A DNA stretch of 64,000 nt from Mobula hypostoma (taxonomy: Eukaryota): contig NC_086097.1 of assembly GCF_963921235.1 (NCBI RefSeq), forward strand, positions 85,004,001-85,068,000, in the 5' to 3' direction. Shown piece by piece: positions 36,871 through 50,740 of this stretch; position 1 is the first letter of the stretch; each line of letters opens with the position of its first letter. The notes below the pieces were generated by a model. It saw only the letters and a program-made list of their open reading frames with translations. It searched no databases and was not told the DNA's origin. A program made the translations under genes and the position numbers.

Positions 36871-37899
36871 ATTATATGCCCTCTCACTTGCATTTATTCT
36901 ATTGTTCTAATTATTTAGATATTAGTTTATGCTGCCTCATTGTGCTGTTGGAAATTTTTAATTCTAATTTCAAATATGCATATGCTTATAATTACATTTT
37001 CAACATAACAAATCTAGATCTCAAGAAAGCCCCAATAAATTACATTAGGCCCTCAAACCTTCAATAATTTCCTGTCACCTTCAATGACTGTAAACTTTAA
37101 AGAAAACATATCTTTGCTAAGAAAGGGTCATTACAGGTAGCTTTCAAACATTCCACAGGCCAATTTAATACAATAGCTAAAGCTGAATTGTCTCACCTCT
37201 CTGCTAGAACATTGAAATACCTTTAAAAGTGCCCCATATCTCTTGCCCCTTCAGCCGCGTCACCTCCTCAGTCGCTTGGTTTTTCAGTCTCATGTATTTT
37301 ACATTTTCATTCTTCGCCAGCAGAGCTTCCCAAAAACAAAACACATTGCTGCTGTCACATATGGGTTCACGTCCACAGCCACCTACTATATGTTAGTGCA
37401 AGCTAAATCTTCATTGCACAAGGTGAGGCAGAAAGAAGGAGATTCTGTGCAATCATCTCTATTAACTACCCTGTTAGACCTTAATATAAGCATGCAAGGT
37501 CAATAAATTTTACTCCTATGTTGAACATATAATCAAAAGCAAACCCTGCAGATGATGGAAATCTGAAACATGAAAGAGAAAGGGCTGAAACCACAGAATA
37601 TCAGGGAGCACTTATATAGAGGAGACACTGATTTTAATACATTTATTAAATTAGATTTGTTAATCAGGCAATTTGTGAGAGTAATTCTATGATTGAGTGA
37701 TCATTGTCAACATATACCCATCACTTCCAAGGGAAATCCAATGTGAAAGTCTCATTCCCTGTTGGAATCATTGGATTGTGCACAAACTCGCTTTGGAGCC
37801 GTAGAGTGATGCAGCATGGAAGAAGGTCTTCAACCCATCAAGTCTGCTTTGAGCGCTCACTTACACTAATCTTAGACTAATCCAATTTTGTGCTCCCCA

Positions 37900-38135
37900 C
37901 ATTGCCATCAACTCCCCCACAGACTTAACCATTTACCTACACACGAGGTACAATTTGCAGGGGCTGATTGCCCTACCAACTCGCATGTTTTTGGGATACG
38001 GACGGAAACCAGAGCACCAAGGAGAAAACCCACCAGGCCACAATGAGAACATGCAACCTCCACACCCACAGCACCAGAGGTCTGGACTGAACCAGGGTCA
38101 CTGGGGTTGTGTGCACAGCTCTCCTAGCTGCGTTA
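37900..38135 (-). mobile_element. V-SINE, decayed
   Basis: ggaaaccagagcaccaaggagaaaaccc...gagaacatgcaacctccacac. Confidence 0.7.
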
Positions 38136-39599
38136 CTGTGCCAGTGTTGTGTTGGAGGAAAATTTACATTTATTTCAGTCATATCTTGAGTCTGGGCAAT
38201 TTGAGAATGCATGAATGAATAATGTATTTGTTACATTGCTCTGTGCGCTATTTTTATCAAGTTAGCATTGCATTTAAGAATAAGAAATTCCAGATTAGCA
38301 CATTGAGGATTCATAACCTGATGTTCAAAGTGCTGGGTTTCAAGATGATCTTTAAATGCCCTTTCTGTGGAGGCTGAAATATTTGCAATGGGATATTTCC
38401 CTTTGTAGAATGAGAGTCACCCTGTCAAAGGAAATGCAAGTGCATTAGAAAATCAGAAAAGCAGGGGGAATTTAATCACATCAAATAACTAGATAGTATA
38501 ACATAGTACAACAGAACAGTGGTGTCGCAACCAATGTAAATTTAGAATAACATTGGTTTGATTTTGCCGCCAGCATGTAGCAATTTACCACCAATTCTCC
38601 GGCCTGATAACAGATTTTATAACAGTTGATGAGCACAGTGACAAATGCCTCACTTGACTGTCTGCCATTTTTATTTTGTAGCCACTAGGGAAGTGATTCC
38701 GAAGGGCTCCTCTGTACTGGGAGTATCACCAAACATACAGATAATGCAATTTGTTTTCGATATTGTTAACCATGCCGACAAAGCTGCAAGTAGACACGGT
38801 CCCGGGGATTACAATGTTTTAATACTTAAATATTCTGGTGAAGTGGCAGCAGGATAGAGGAAAATTAATTTGTGTTCTGCGTGGTCTAATCCAATAGAGA
38901 ATGGCTGAATTCCTTTCTAGTTAATAAGTCTGTGCTTCGCTTCAGTCCCCAGAGGGTTTACTTCCAAGTGCATTAATGCTGGTGCTTAGTGGATTGTATT
39001 TTTTTTTGCCCACTTGTTTTGAATTTGGGAGGTAATGGAAATTTTGAGGAGAGGCTTAATTATGATTGAGCTGGCCATAACTGATCAAACAATGAATATG
39101 TATTATTTGGCATGGAAAATCAAAGTTGCCGTGGTGTATATTAGCAGGAAAGGAACCTATACCTTTTCGTTGTGTACTAAATAAGCATGCTCAGTAATCT
39201 CATTATGATTGTATTATCTACATAACTTGGAGACTGTGGCAAGGGTTTAATGTGTAGTACTTTAATTTCACTCTGCTTACTGAAGATGGTTACTCCAAAA
39301 AACGTGTCTCTAATTTATCACTATCATTCTCATCCCTCAAAAAAAATCTATTTTGTCTTACTTCATTTTTTTTCAAAGGCCCAGATTGAAGATAGTTGCA
39401 TGGGTCAATTTGAATTGCTTGTAATATATTGGCCTTCTTAAATAATTTAACTTTAAAGATTATTGCCACAGAGAAGAATCCATTAGATGAAGGAGCACAT
39501 TCATCACGGACTTTGAATGATAATTGCTTCCTTACGTTGAGCCATTTAACATTATTTTACATTATTGCCGTAGTGTTGAATTATTGTTGCACTTTCAAA

Positions 39600-40335
39600 G
39601 CAAGAGACACAAAATGTTGGAGGACCTCAGCAGGTCAGGCAGCATCTATGGAAATCAATGAACAGTTGATACTTCGGGCTGAGACCCCTCTTCAGGGCTG
39701 GAAAGGAAGGGGAAGACGATAGAATAAAAAGGTGGGGGGAGGGAAGGAGGATAGTCAGAAGGTGACAGGTGAAGCCAGATGGGTAGGAAAGATAAAGGGC
39801 TGGAGAAGAAGGATCTGATAGGAGAGGAGAGTGGACCATAGGAGAAAGGGAAGGAGGAGGAGCGCGAGGGGAAGGGAGAATAGATAAGAGGCTGGAGTAC
39901 GGGTTCTTTGGAGATGGCAGAAGTTGTGGAGGGTGATGAGTTGGATGCGGAGCCCCATGGGGTTGTAGGTAAGGACATATGGAACTCTATCCACTGTTAA
40001 GGTGGTGGGAAAATGGGGTGAGCCCAGATGTTCAGGAAATGGAGGAGATGCGGGTGAGGGCATCATCAATGGTGGAGGAAGGGAAATCCCATTCTTTGAA
40101 GAAGGAGGACATCTTTGATGTCCTGGAAAGAAAAGCCACATCCTGGGAACAGATGCAGTAGAGATGAAGGAACAGAGAAAAGGAAATAGCATTGCTACAG
40201 AAGACAGGATGGGAACAGGTACAGTCAAGATAACCAAGGGAATCGGCAAGTTTATTAAAGATGTTGGTTTGTCTCCAGAGATGGAGGTGGAGAGATCCGG
40301 AAAGGGGATGGAGGTGTCAGAAATGAGTTGACAGT
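39600..40335 (-). mobile_element. Penelope-like fragment (RT C-terminal region and terminus)
   Basis: Minus-strand DRVPYVLTYNPMGLRIQLITLHNFCHLQ; hammerhead remnant at 39662-39700. Confidence 0.85.
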
Positions 40336-40509
40336 TGTTCTACTCTTCCCATCTGTCACAGACTCTGGAGTCAGACACAGGGCAGATACATAACAAGGTA
40401 AGTATGGTTTTGCCTCTAGCCAAGAAGGGAATCTCCTGTTGTAGTGCCACTGAGACTCTAATTGTCTCCTTGGGTGGTGTTGAAAATGCCTGCATAAATA
40501 TACAAAGTA

Positions 40510-43500
40510 GAAAGAGGAGGCCTTTGGCCCTTCCAGCCAGCCTCACCATTTGATTGCATTTGTTTACCTCTATGTTAAGATATTCAGAGACTCTGCTTCC
40601 AGTGCCCTTTGAAGGGCAAAGTGTTCTAAAACACTCATGACACTTTGAGAGTAAGAAAAAAAAATCACCCCTTCTCTGTTGTCTTAAATAGGTGCGCCCT
40701 TGATTTTCAAGAGCAACCTCTAGTCCTAGATTCTCCCAGAGGAAGTAACATACTTTCCTCATTCCAGCCTTTTCAAGATCTTCACTGTTATAGTCAAATC
40801 ACTTTTCACAGTTTGTTCTAAGCTCCAGCCACTCCAAGATTTTCTCACAAGACAAAAAGTCTTGAGAGAATGTTTGAGTCAATTTTTTTCTGAACTGCTT
40901 TAATACAATTAACACCTTCCTTAAATAAGATTAGTACTATAATTGGGAACCCAAGAGTGATTACAAAAATGCCCTTTACAAATGACACATAATCTCCCAC
41001 TACTATATTCAGATCCCTTCAGAATTCCTTTGCAATAAATGAATTCTGTTAGCTTTCCTATTGACACGTTGTACCTGTATATCAGCCTTTGGTGAATCAT
41101 GCACTTGGGCACCTAGTCCCCTCTACATCTCAGAATTCTGCAATATCTCATAATTTAGATCATTTTTATTTCATTTTCCTGCTAAAATGGACAGTTCTAT
41201 AAACTCCATTTGCAGATCTTCTCATTCTTGCTTAATCTGTATTCCTTTGTAGCAGCCTTTTGTCTTCTTCAATCCTGCTGATCTTTGTGTCATCAGCAAA
41301 TATAGCAATCATTCCTCAGAATCTATATCCTTGGAACAAAGAATTTGAGGGGAGATTTGATAGAGCAATACAGAGTGTGTGAATACTTGAGAGTGTGGAA
41401 TGAGCTGCCAGCACAAGTGGTGCATGTGAGTTCGATCTCAAAGTTTAAGAAAAGTATGGAAGGTATATGGATGCTAGGGGTATGGAGGGCCCAGGTCCAG
41501 GTGCAGGTCGATGGGACTAGGCAGCTTAAATAGTTTGGCATGGACTAGATGGGCCAAAGGGCCTGTTTCTGTGTTGTATTTTTCTGTAACTCTATGAATA
41601 TACCCAAGTATGTTGTATAAATTGTAAATGTTGAGATCTCATCACTAATCCCTGTATTCCACCATTCGTTATTGAGTCATGAAGAGTAATAAAGAACAGG
41701 AACAGGCCCTTTTGCCCATCTTATCTATGTCAATCAAGATGCCATCTAAGCTAGTCCCATTTGCCCATGTTTGGCCCATATCTCTTTCAACTTTTTCTAT
41801 CATACACCTGTCCAAATATTCTTTGAATCTTGTTTTTGTACTGGCCTCAACCACTTTCTCTGCTACTCAATTTGTATGTGGTCTCAGACATAATGACTCA
41901 TTTGCCTCTAATCTTTAGCCTTTATGATCTTATCCATAGGAAAAAAAACTGTTGAGAATTGTTCGCTAAAATCTCACCCATTTCTTGTGGCTCCACGCAT
42001 AGAGAGTCATACTGATGTTAAGAGGACCTATTTTATCCCTAGCCACATCTTTACCAGTAGAATCTGTTGGAATTTTTCTTAACCTTGCCTGCTAGATCCA
42101 TTTCATACCCTCGTTCTGCTCTCATGATTTCCCTCTTAAGTATACTCCTAGATTTCTTATACTCGTCAAGGAATTCACTTGATTCCAACTAGCTAGTACT
42201 GATACACGCCTCCTTTTTTCTGACCAGACCTTCACTCTCTGTCATTAGACCAGGTGCCCTAAGCCCTAAGCTTGCCAGCCTTGCCATGCTTCCCTGAGCT
42301 CTTGATATCACACTTTTAACAGCTTCCCACTTACCGGACTCCTCTTTGCCTGCAAGCAGTCTTTCCCAATTGATCTGTGAAGTTTCTGCTAATGCCTCCA
42401 AAATTGGCCGTGTTCTAGTTTAGGGGCATAACTTATGAAGAACTCCTATTTCCCTCCATAATTATTTTAAAACTAATAGAATTATGGTTAGTGGTGCCAA
42501 AGTGCACCACCACTAACGCTTCAGTCACTTGCCCTACATTGTTCCCTAAGACGATGTCAAGTGTCCAGTAAGGCCCTCCATTTATTGACAGAGGAAGCTT
42601 TCTTGGACAGATTACACAAATATCAGCTCATCCAAGCCCTTTGCACCATGGATGATCCAGTCAATATTTAGGGAAAATATAATTTCTTACTAATACAATC
42701 CTATTATTTTTAAAGCCATTCATGATCTCTGTACACATCTAATTCCTGCTGACTGGAATAGAATTCCATTAAAGTGACTATCCCTTTCATGTTTCTACAT
42801 TTTATGCATGCAACCTCACTGGACAAACCCCCATGAATATCTCTTTAGGCATTATTATGTCATCCCTCATCACAAAAGTAATTCCCCCAGTCCCTCGAGG
42901 TTACATGTTTCCAATCAGAAAAAAGGTCATTGATGACCATTCTCAAGACTTTTTATGCCTGTTCTCTAAAGCACAGATTTGCCAGCAGATCATCTGTCTG
43001 CACAACTAAGTTAACTCCTCCAACATTATTTTCTGCAATGACCTTTGATATGACATCTTATCAATTTCCTTTTGGAAATCTGAGTGCTATATACCCAGTG
43101 CTTTTTGCTTTCACAAGATCATGTTGACTCTGCCTGATTACCTTGTATTTTTCTAAGTGCTGTATTACATCTTTAACAAGAGTTTCTAGTACTTTCCTGT
43201 TGCAAATGTTACACTAACTGGCTTATACTTACTTGCTTTCAGTCTCCCATTTTTGAGTAAAATAGTTAAGTTTGTTATTTGCTTAAATTGAAATCTTTGA
43301 AGTTAGGGAATATTCACAAATTTCAAAAAAAGCCCATCAACTATCTCACCAGGCACTTTGTTTGGATCCTAGAATGACATCTGTCATAACCTGTAAATTG
43401 TCAGCCCACAGCTCCAAAAATTGATTCAGTCCAGCTACCCTGGTGATTGTCATTTCCCCTTAGTTACTCCCTCCCTTGCAGCTCCCTACTTGTAGCTCTT

Positions 43501-43600
43501 TCCAGAATCTTGTAATCCTTCGTGGTGAAAACCAATGCAAAATATCTCTATCGTTCATCTGCCACCTCTTTATTTCCCATTCCAGGCTCACTTTTTATAG
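40510..43600. mobile_element. Cluster of decayed CR1 fragments, mostly minus strand; plus-strand 3' end at about 41340-41595
   Basis: RVWNELPAQVV with the gggccaaagggcctgtttctgtg tail; minus-strand INWERLLAGK...WEAVKSVISRAQ; reverse FADDTK (tctttgtgtcatcagcaaa) at about 41282. Confidence 0.75.
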
Positions 43601-45879
43601 CACTGCTTTGATTTCTTTATAGCTGGTGATGGAAATGGTCGTGATCTGCTTTTTCAGTTTTCTGCTCGGCTTTGTCATGTGCTCCAGAACAACAAACAAT
43701 CTTAGGAGAAACATAACGGACTGAGCAGCAACTGTGGCAGGAAAAGAGTTGTCTATATGTCATATCAAAACCCTACATCAGGACTGGGACACAAAAGATG
43801 ACAGGTACTGGAGTCTGTAGTAATAAGCAATCAACTGGAGGATGGGGGGAGGGAAGGAAATGTCAGGGATTTGAGTTGAGAATTGTTCAGGACTGATGTA
43901 GGATTTTGATTTAGCTCATGGACAATTCTTTCCCTCCCACAGATCCTGCCCAATCCACTAAATTTCCCCAGTAGATTGCAGTCTAGATTTCAGCATCTGC
44001 AGTCTCTTGTGTCTCCATTGTCTTATGCACTAATGTTTTTTCCTTCCTTATTAGGAAGTTCAAGTTCAGGTTTAATTGTCATTCAACCTCATCCATGTGC
44101 ACAGCTAAATGAAACAGTGTTCCTCCAGGGCCAAGGTGCAAAACGCAGTACATACAGTCACACACAGTACACAATTACAGCACGTCCACCGCCCCTCTGT
44201 TTTCTCCCACATCACCTCCGCCGCCTCCTCTACTGGGTGGCTGTAACAGGCCTGAGAGCCTGGCCCGTGCAACAACAGAGCGCGAGCAGCCCCACCCCCG
44301 CCGTAGGAGTCACCAATGAACCAATGAATGGGACTTGCAGTATTTTGCATTACCAAAGTCCAACAGGGTCTTGTATTCACAAGATGCACATTTGTACCAT
44401 TTGTTGGATTGCCAAGAGGTACATTCGTTATACTTGTTTTCTTTAGAATTGGTATTAGCTGCACACCTTAGAACTTCCTGCAATCCAATTTCTAATTCCA
44501 ATATAGTTGCAGTGCTGCACTTAACAAGATTTTGCACAGTTAGGAAACCACGACGAGCGTATCATCCAGGCATCATGCCCAGTGCTGAGGCCCTGGTTAC
44601 CCTGTGTCACCTACACTGGAAAGACCATGTTGTTTACTTGCCCAGCATCAGGCTCCCTAAGCTAAAACCATGCTGAGTAGTGTCACGATAAGAAGTGAAC
44701 AGAAGGAAAAAAAAGATTTGATGATTTACTCAATGTTTCCTTTAAGTAAATCATTCAACAAGTGCAACAATCCCACCGACTTCTGTGTATCTATGGCCCA
44801 TGACCATTCAAAGTGAAGAAGGAGCATTAAAAGAGGTACTGAGTTCATGTACCAGGAATACACAGAGGCCTTGTACTAAAGTCATTATGTTTACTTTGTT
44901 TACTTGCCTTGTAAGTTATGGATCATTTATATTAATTAAATTTCTGTTGACTTATATTTGTCAAGTTTATAATGGCTGTTGCTACAAAAATCTAATTTTC
45001 ACAGCATTCATTTCCTGAGTATGTCTTCCTATGTCTGTAAACTTGAACTGGAACTATTCAATAATGTTATATGTATTAAATCATTACATGAGTTTGCTGT
45101 ATTATGGCTATATTGTTCATCCAGTAGAATGAATGTTAAAGGCAGAGTGTAAAATGGTAAAGGCACAGGGTAGTACTTTTGTGCTACAGATTAGGGAATG
45201 AATTTCCAAACATAATGGTACTAATACAAGATTGGTAAATTCCTCTCCTGTTTCCCAGTAATGGAGCACCATATGTAATAAAATGATAATCTACAAATTG
45301 GGGCCATTTTTTGCAATATGGATCCAACGCTCAGAGATTCTTAATTCAGACTAATACAGAAGTCGTTTAAATACTTATCAAGCTTGGCACTAAATATGAC
45401 AGCCTCTGAAAATAGTTGCCAACTCTGCGATACATGATTAACCCTCAGCCATTGATTACAATGCAAGTAGCATCCCAAAGTCCATTTCAACACTTGTGGA
45501 ACCATCCCTGTTGCCATATCAAATTGCTTCTAGTGCAGCACAAGAAGCAGCCTCCCAGTCTCTAAAGTGTGCAGTTAAAACTCAGCCTGCTGCCCTGCAA
45601 GCTAACATAGGTCTGTTGATCTTCTGACCGACCTGAGCAACTGCCAGGCTCGAATAGCACCAGTCAGCTAGGCCTAAGGCAGTCCCATCCATGTAAAAGA
45701 TCCGACTCCACAGAGCCTCCGATAGCAAGAGCTAAATCTCAGACCACACCAGGGCAGCCAACACAGAGACCTGTCCCACACTGTATATTCTTCTTGCTTC
45801 CATCTGGTAGAAGATACAGAAGCTCGAGAACATGCACTATCATGCACAATGACAGTTTCTATCCCATTGTCATAATAAT

Positions 45880-46428
45880 AATAAAAATAGCAATAATAGT
45901 AACTTATTCACAGAACACTTTTCATACAGGTAGCATAGTTCAAAGTGCTTTACAATAGGATAAAGTACAAGCATGAAATAAAAGATAAAAAGCTATTAAT
46001 TGAAAGATGTTAGTTAAAAGCAAGGTTAAATAAATAGGTTTTGTGCTGGCATTTTAAAATGCGAGCTGAGTCTGCATCCCTTATAGCTTCAGGTATTGAG
46101 TTCTATAGTTCAGGAGTATAATCAAAAACACTGATCTGCCAATTATTTTTGAGGGAGATTGTTTAAATTTAAGAGACCTGAGAGGTCAAGCAGGATTATA
46201 AAGCAAAAGTGATTCTGTGATGTACTCTGGTCCCAGACAATTAGGAACTGTAAAAACAAGTAAGAAAACTTTAAAGTCAATTCCCAAAGGTATAGGTAGC
46301 TAGGATGGTAGTGATATGCGACCTCATCCTGGTTTCAGTTAAAAGTCTAGCAGCACTGTTCTGAATGAGTTGAAGTCTGTCAATAGATTGCTTCGGAAGG
46401 CCAGTAAAAAATGGATTGCAGTAATCTA
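45880..46428 (-). mobile_element. L2-clade LINE 3' fragment
   Basis: LDYCNPFFTGLPKQSIDRLQLIQNSAARLLTETRMRSHITTILA; (tta)-rich tail near 45880. Confidence 0.85.
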
Positions 46429-47120
46429 GAACAACACACAAAAATTGCTGGAGGAACTCGGATAGGAGAGGAAAATGGATCATGGGAGAAAGGAAGGGAG
46501 GAGAGGCACCGGGGGGAAGATGATAGGCAGGGGAGGAGAACAGGTAGAGATCAGAATAGGGAAATGAAGAAGAGGACACTGGGAGCGGTAAAATTACTGG
46601 AAGTTGGAGAAGCCAATGTTCATGCCATCAGGCTGGAAGCTACCAAGATAGAATCTGAGGTGTTGCTCCTCCAACCTGAGAGTGGCCTCATCATGGGAGA
46701 AGTGGAATGACATGTCATAGCGGTCGTGGGAATAGGAACTGAAGTGTTTGGCCACCAGGGAATACCCTTTTTGGCAGATGAAGCTGAGGTGCTCATCAAA
46801 GCGGCCTGCCAATCTAAGGAGGGTCTCACCAATGTAGAGGAGGCCACACAACGAGAGCACTGATATAGTAGACGACCCCAACAGAAGTACCTTGCCTGAA
46901 GAAATTTAATTCTTCTCTTTAATGAGACTTTAGTGAGACTCTCTGTCACTGCTCTGTCTGTGATCTCTGCTGCCTTCCGACTCTTCAACCATGTGCTCAT
47001 CCGGACTCACTACCTCAGCCAGGAATCCTTCCTGGGAATTTGCTTTCACCACCATCTTGTTCCACATTGCTTCCAGCTCCGTTTTCAGACCATCCAGTTT
47101 GGACAGACGGAGGATCCCAG
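46428..47120. mobile_element. Penelope-like remnant: inverted GIY-YIG/3' part (46428-46885, minus) next to the ORF N-terminal part (46930-47120, plus)
   Basis: CGLLYIGETLLRLAGRFDEHL...EATLRLEEQHLRFYLGSFQPDGMNI on minus; VISAAFRLFNHVL...HLVPHCFQLRFQ on plus. Confidence 0.8.
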
Positions 47121-47749
47121 AATCTGAGTTTGATTGACAGCTTCTCCTGCCACTTCTCTCTCCATATTATACATTGCCACCCTTTCAGATAACTGCCGGC
47201 CCTGGGTCAGTCTCTGCCACTGCTCTGGGCCTCTCTCTCCTCCGCCAGTCATAGCCTCTCTGATATTTCAACCACTGCAGGATCGTTGGCTTCAACTGCC
47301 AGTTCCTTGCCCTCCTCACGTGGAAGGATTGGACGATTGCCCGTCTCCAGACCACGGATCCTACCTTCTCTAACTCTGGCTCCAGAGGCACTGGACACCA
47401 CAGACCACAGATTTCGCTGCTTCCTGCCTGGACCTCGATTCGTTTAGACAGCCCCCAGACTGCGGAGCCACTGTGTCCCACTCTGGTTCTGATTGTCAAG
47501 GACACCACCAGACCACAGCCCCTGCTACTTGTTGAAGCAGCTTCCTAAGTGGCTCCTCAGAGCGCGGATCTGCGGGGGGATGGCACTGGATCCCACCCTT
47601 ACTGAACCCTTTAGAATTTACTCGCAATTCAGCCAGCCCGACTGTTGCTGCCAGCATTGAAATGGCACAACAAAAAGCCACACATTTTGGACCCAAAGCT
47701 GCTTTAGGTCATGCTCCACAGGTCTCGAAGAACATTATTATGGAGTGAG

Positions 47750-48165
47750 GTTGAATAGGGGTCTTCTCTTCTCATTAGAGCATAGGAGAATGAGGCTGAT
47801 CTTATAGAGGTGCGTGAAATTCTGAGGGGCGTAGATAGGGCGAATGCACGCAGTCTTTTCCCCAGAGTTGGGGACCCGGAACCATCAGAGGGCATAGGTT
47901 TAAGCTGAGAGGGGAAAGATTTAATGAGAGCTTGAGGGGAAATTTCTTCACCCAGAGGGTGATCAGTATATGGAATGCGCTGCCAGTTGAAGTGGTTGAT
48001 GCGGGTACATTATCAACATTTAGAAGGTACTTGGATGGCTAACTGGAAAGGAAACAATTAGAGGGATGTAGTCCAAACATGGGCAGATGGGGCTAATTTA
48101 GATAGGAATCTTGTTGACATGGACCAGTTGGTCTCAAGGCCCCGCTTCCATGCTCCATGACTCTG
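47750..48165 (+). mobile_element. CR1 3' fragment
   Basis: RLNRGLL...DLIEV...ttcttcacccagagggtgatcagtatatggaatgcgctgcc (FFTQRVISIWNALP). Confidence 0.85.
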
Positions 48166-49659
48166 GACTATATATGGCTCCAGGCTGCAACATCTACAAG
48201 GTTAACAGCAACCCAACTGCTATGTTGCAGCCTCTGGATGTCACCAGGGCAGGCAACGTTAGATGGAATGTGGCATTGAATTAATTCATGAGGAGACGTT
48301 GACTTTGTGATGCAGTAAACCATTATATTGTTCATGAATTAAAATTCAATGTTTTATTTTGAAGAGATAATTTTACATTTCACGTGAAGTAGCTTTCAAT
48401 GGTCATCGACAGAGCATGCAAGGGATGGGACTAGATGGAGTATCACGTGAGAAAATATTGCAGAGATTATAATAACAACTCAAAATACTTGGCAGGTCAA
48501 GTGGTTTCTGTGGAGGAACAGTTAACCTTTCATTAGAAGAGTTTTGGTGGGGTTGATATTGCACTTAGTGCAGCTGACGAGACTGCCATTTGTTTTCCTC
48601 TCCAGCGCTCTCTAGCTCCACAGCCATCTTCCAGGTAGCTGGTGACAATAGACAATAGACAATAGATGCAGGAGTAGGCCATTCGGCCCTTTGAGCCAGC
48701 ACTGCCGTTCACTGTGATCATGGCTGATCATCCACAATCAGTACCCCGTTCCTGCCTTCTCCCCATAGGATGATTAACAAAGGGTGATTGCTTGTAATAT
48801 ATGCAGCGACTGTCATGAACCTCAAAGATTGCTTTGCAGAGTATGGGTATGGGTCCTCTTAGAGTTGTCCAGGTAAAGAATTGTTGCTGCATCAACTACG
48901 TTTCCTCTGACAGAATGGTTTACAGTGGATTTACGAACGTGTACTCTGAGCCATCTGCTGTGAAACCGGTGACTTGTGAGCCAGAGGCTTAAATGTGGTA
49001 AAATGAAGTCATCACAGCTGTCGCTAGAATAGCTTCCAACAACTTCATCTTCTTGCATGTGGCTGCAGCAGTGTTCATAAATTGAGCTCGACGTTCTTGA
49101 GCAAATATACTGTTGCTTCATAGAGGGACTTTATCTCACAGGTATCTCCATTGATTTTGTTGTGAGGGCAGGATGCAATGATATTGTCCACCATTTGTTC
49201 AGGACAACTATGTCCACAGGCAGAAGAGTGTTTGATTTGCTTCTTGCTCATATCCTCTTCAGATCCTGTTTAGAACCAGTCATGGTCCTCGAGTCCGGTG
49301 AAGCCCAGAGAGCCTTGCTGTTCGGTGTCCAATGAGATTTGTATAAAGCCACGTCATCTGCTCATTATGTCTATAACCATTCTGAATATAGATCCCTGTC
49401 AGTACTGATACAGGACAAAGTTCATACAGTGTGGTTGCCTGCCTTAGTTCATGCAGACAGTGACATCCAGCACTGTGGGAAGCATGAGACCATATTGGAG
49501 CCAAGATGTGCTCTTTCCCCACCAAAAGAAATAAGTCGTGATTAACTCTGATTGAATAGTGATTTAACCTGCACATTGCTAGAAAGCAAATAGCTAAATA
49601 TTTGCAGTTACTGATCAGAAGGTGATATGAAAGTAAGCTAGCCAATAAAATAAAGTAGG

Positions 49660-50740
49660 ATACAAGGAGATTTTTCAGATATCCTGTCTAAAGAGTGAAA
49701 GAAAGAAGAGAGTGGATATCAGACCGCTGGAAAATGATGCTGGGGAAGTAGTAATGGGGAGGACAAAGAAATGGTGGATGAACTTAATAAGTATTTTGCA
49801 TCAGTTTTCACTCTGGAAGACATTAGCAGTATGCCAGACATTTGACAGTGTCAGGGGGAAGAAGTGATTGTAGTTATTACGAAGGAGGAGGTGTTTGAGA
49901 ACCTGATAAGTATGAAGGTAGATAAGTTACCTGGACCAGACAGACTGAAGGAAGTAGCTAAAGAGATCGTGGAGGCATTAGTTGTAATCTTTCAAGGATC
50001 ATTAGATTCTGGAATGGTCTGGAGGACTTGAAAATTGCAAATGTCACTCCATTCTTTAAAAAGGAAATTATACCCTGATAATCTGACTTCAGAGGTTGGA
50101 AAGATGTTGTTGTCTATTAAGGATGAGGTCTCAGAGTAGTTGAAGGCACATGATAAAATAGGCCAAAGTCAAGATGGTTTCCTCAAGGGGAAATCTTGGC
50201 TGACAAATCTTCGGAAATGTTTGAAGAAATAACAGGCAGGATAGACAAAGGAGAGTCTGTGGATGTTGTTGACTTGGATTTTCAAAAGGCCTTTGACAAG
50301 GGGCAGGTAGTTTTGAGGAAGTGGAGAGAAGAGAGGCTACAGAAAGACCTAGACAGATTAGGAGAATGGACAAAGAAGTGGCAGATGGAATACAGTGTCC
50401 GGAAGTGTATGGTCATGCACTTCGGTTGAAGAAATAAAAACTCAAGACTATTTTCTAAATCAAGAGAAAATTCAAAAATCTGAGGTGCAAAGGGGTGTGG
50501 GTGTCCATTTAAAACAGAGATAAGCAGGAATTTCTTTAACCAGAGGGTGGTGAATCTGTGGAATTCATTGCTACTGACAGCTGTGGAGGCCAAGACTTCG
50601 AGTATATTTAATGTGTAAGGCCGTGAAATGTTATGGGGAGAAGGCAGGAGAATGGGGTTGAGAAGGATAATGAATCAGCCAGAGGGATAATAATCGATGG
50701 GCTGAATGCCCTAATTCTGCTCCTATGTCTTATGGTTTTA
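49660..50740 (+). mobile_element. Internally deleted CR1 LINE
   Basis: ELNKYFASVFT, FEEITGRIDKGESVDVVDLDFQKAFDK, LQKDLDRLGEWTKKWQMEYSVRKCMVMHFG and FFNQRVVNLWNSL. Confidence 0.88.
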
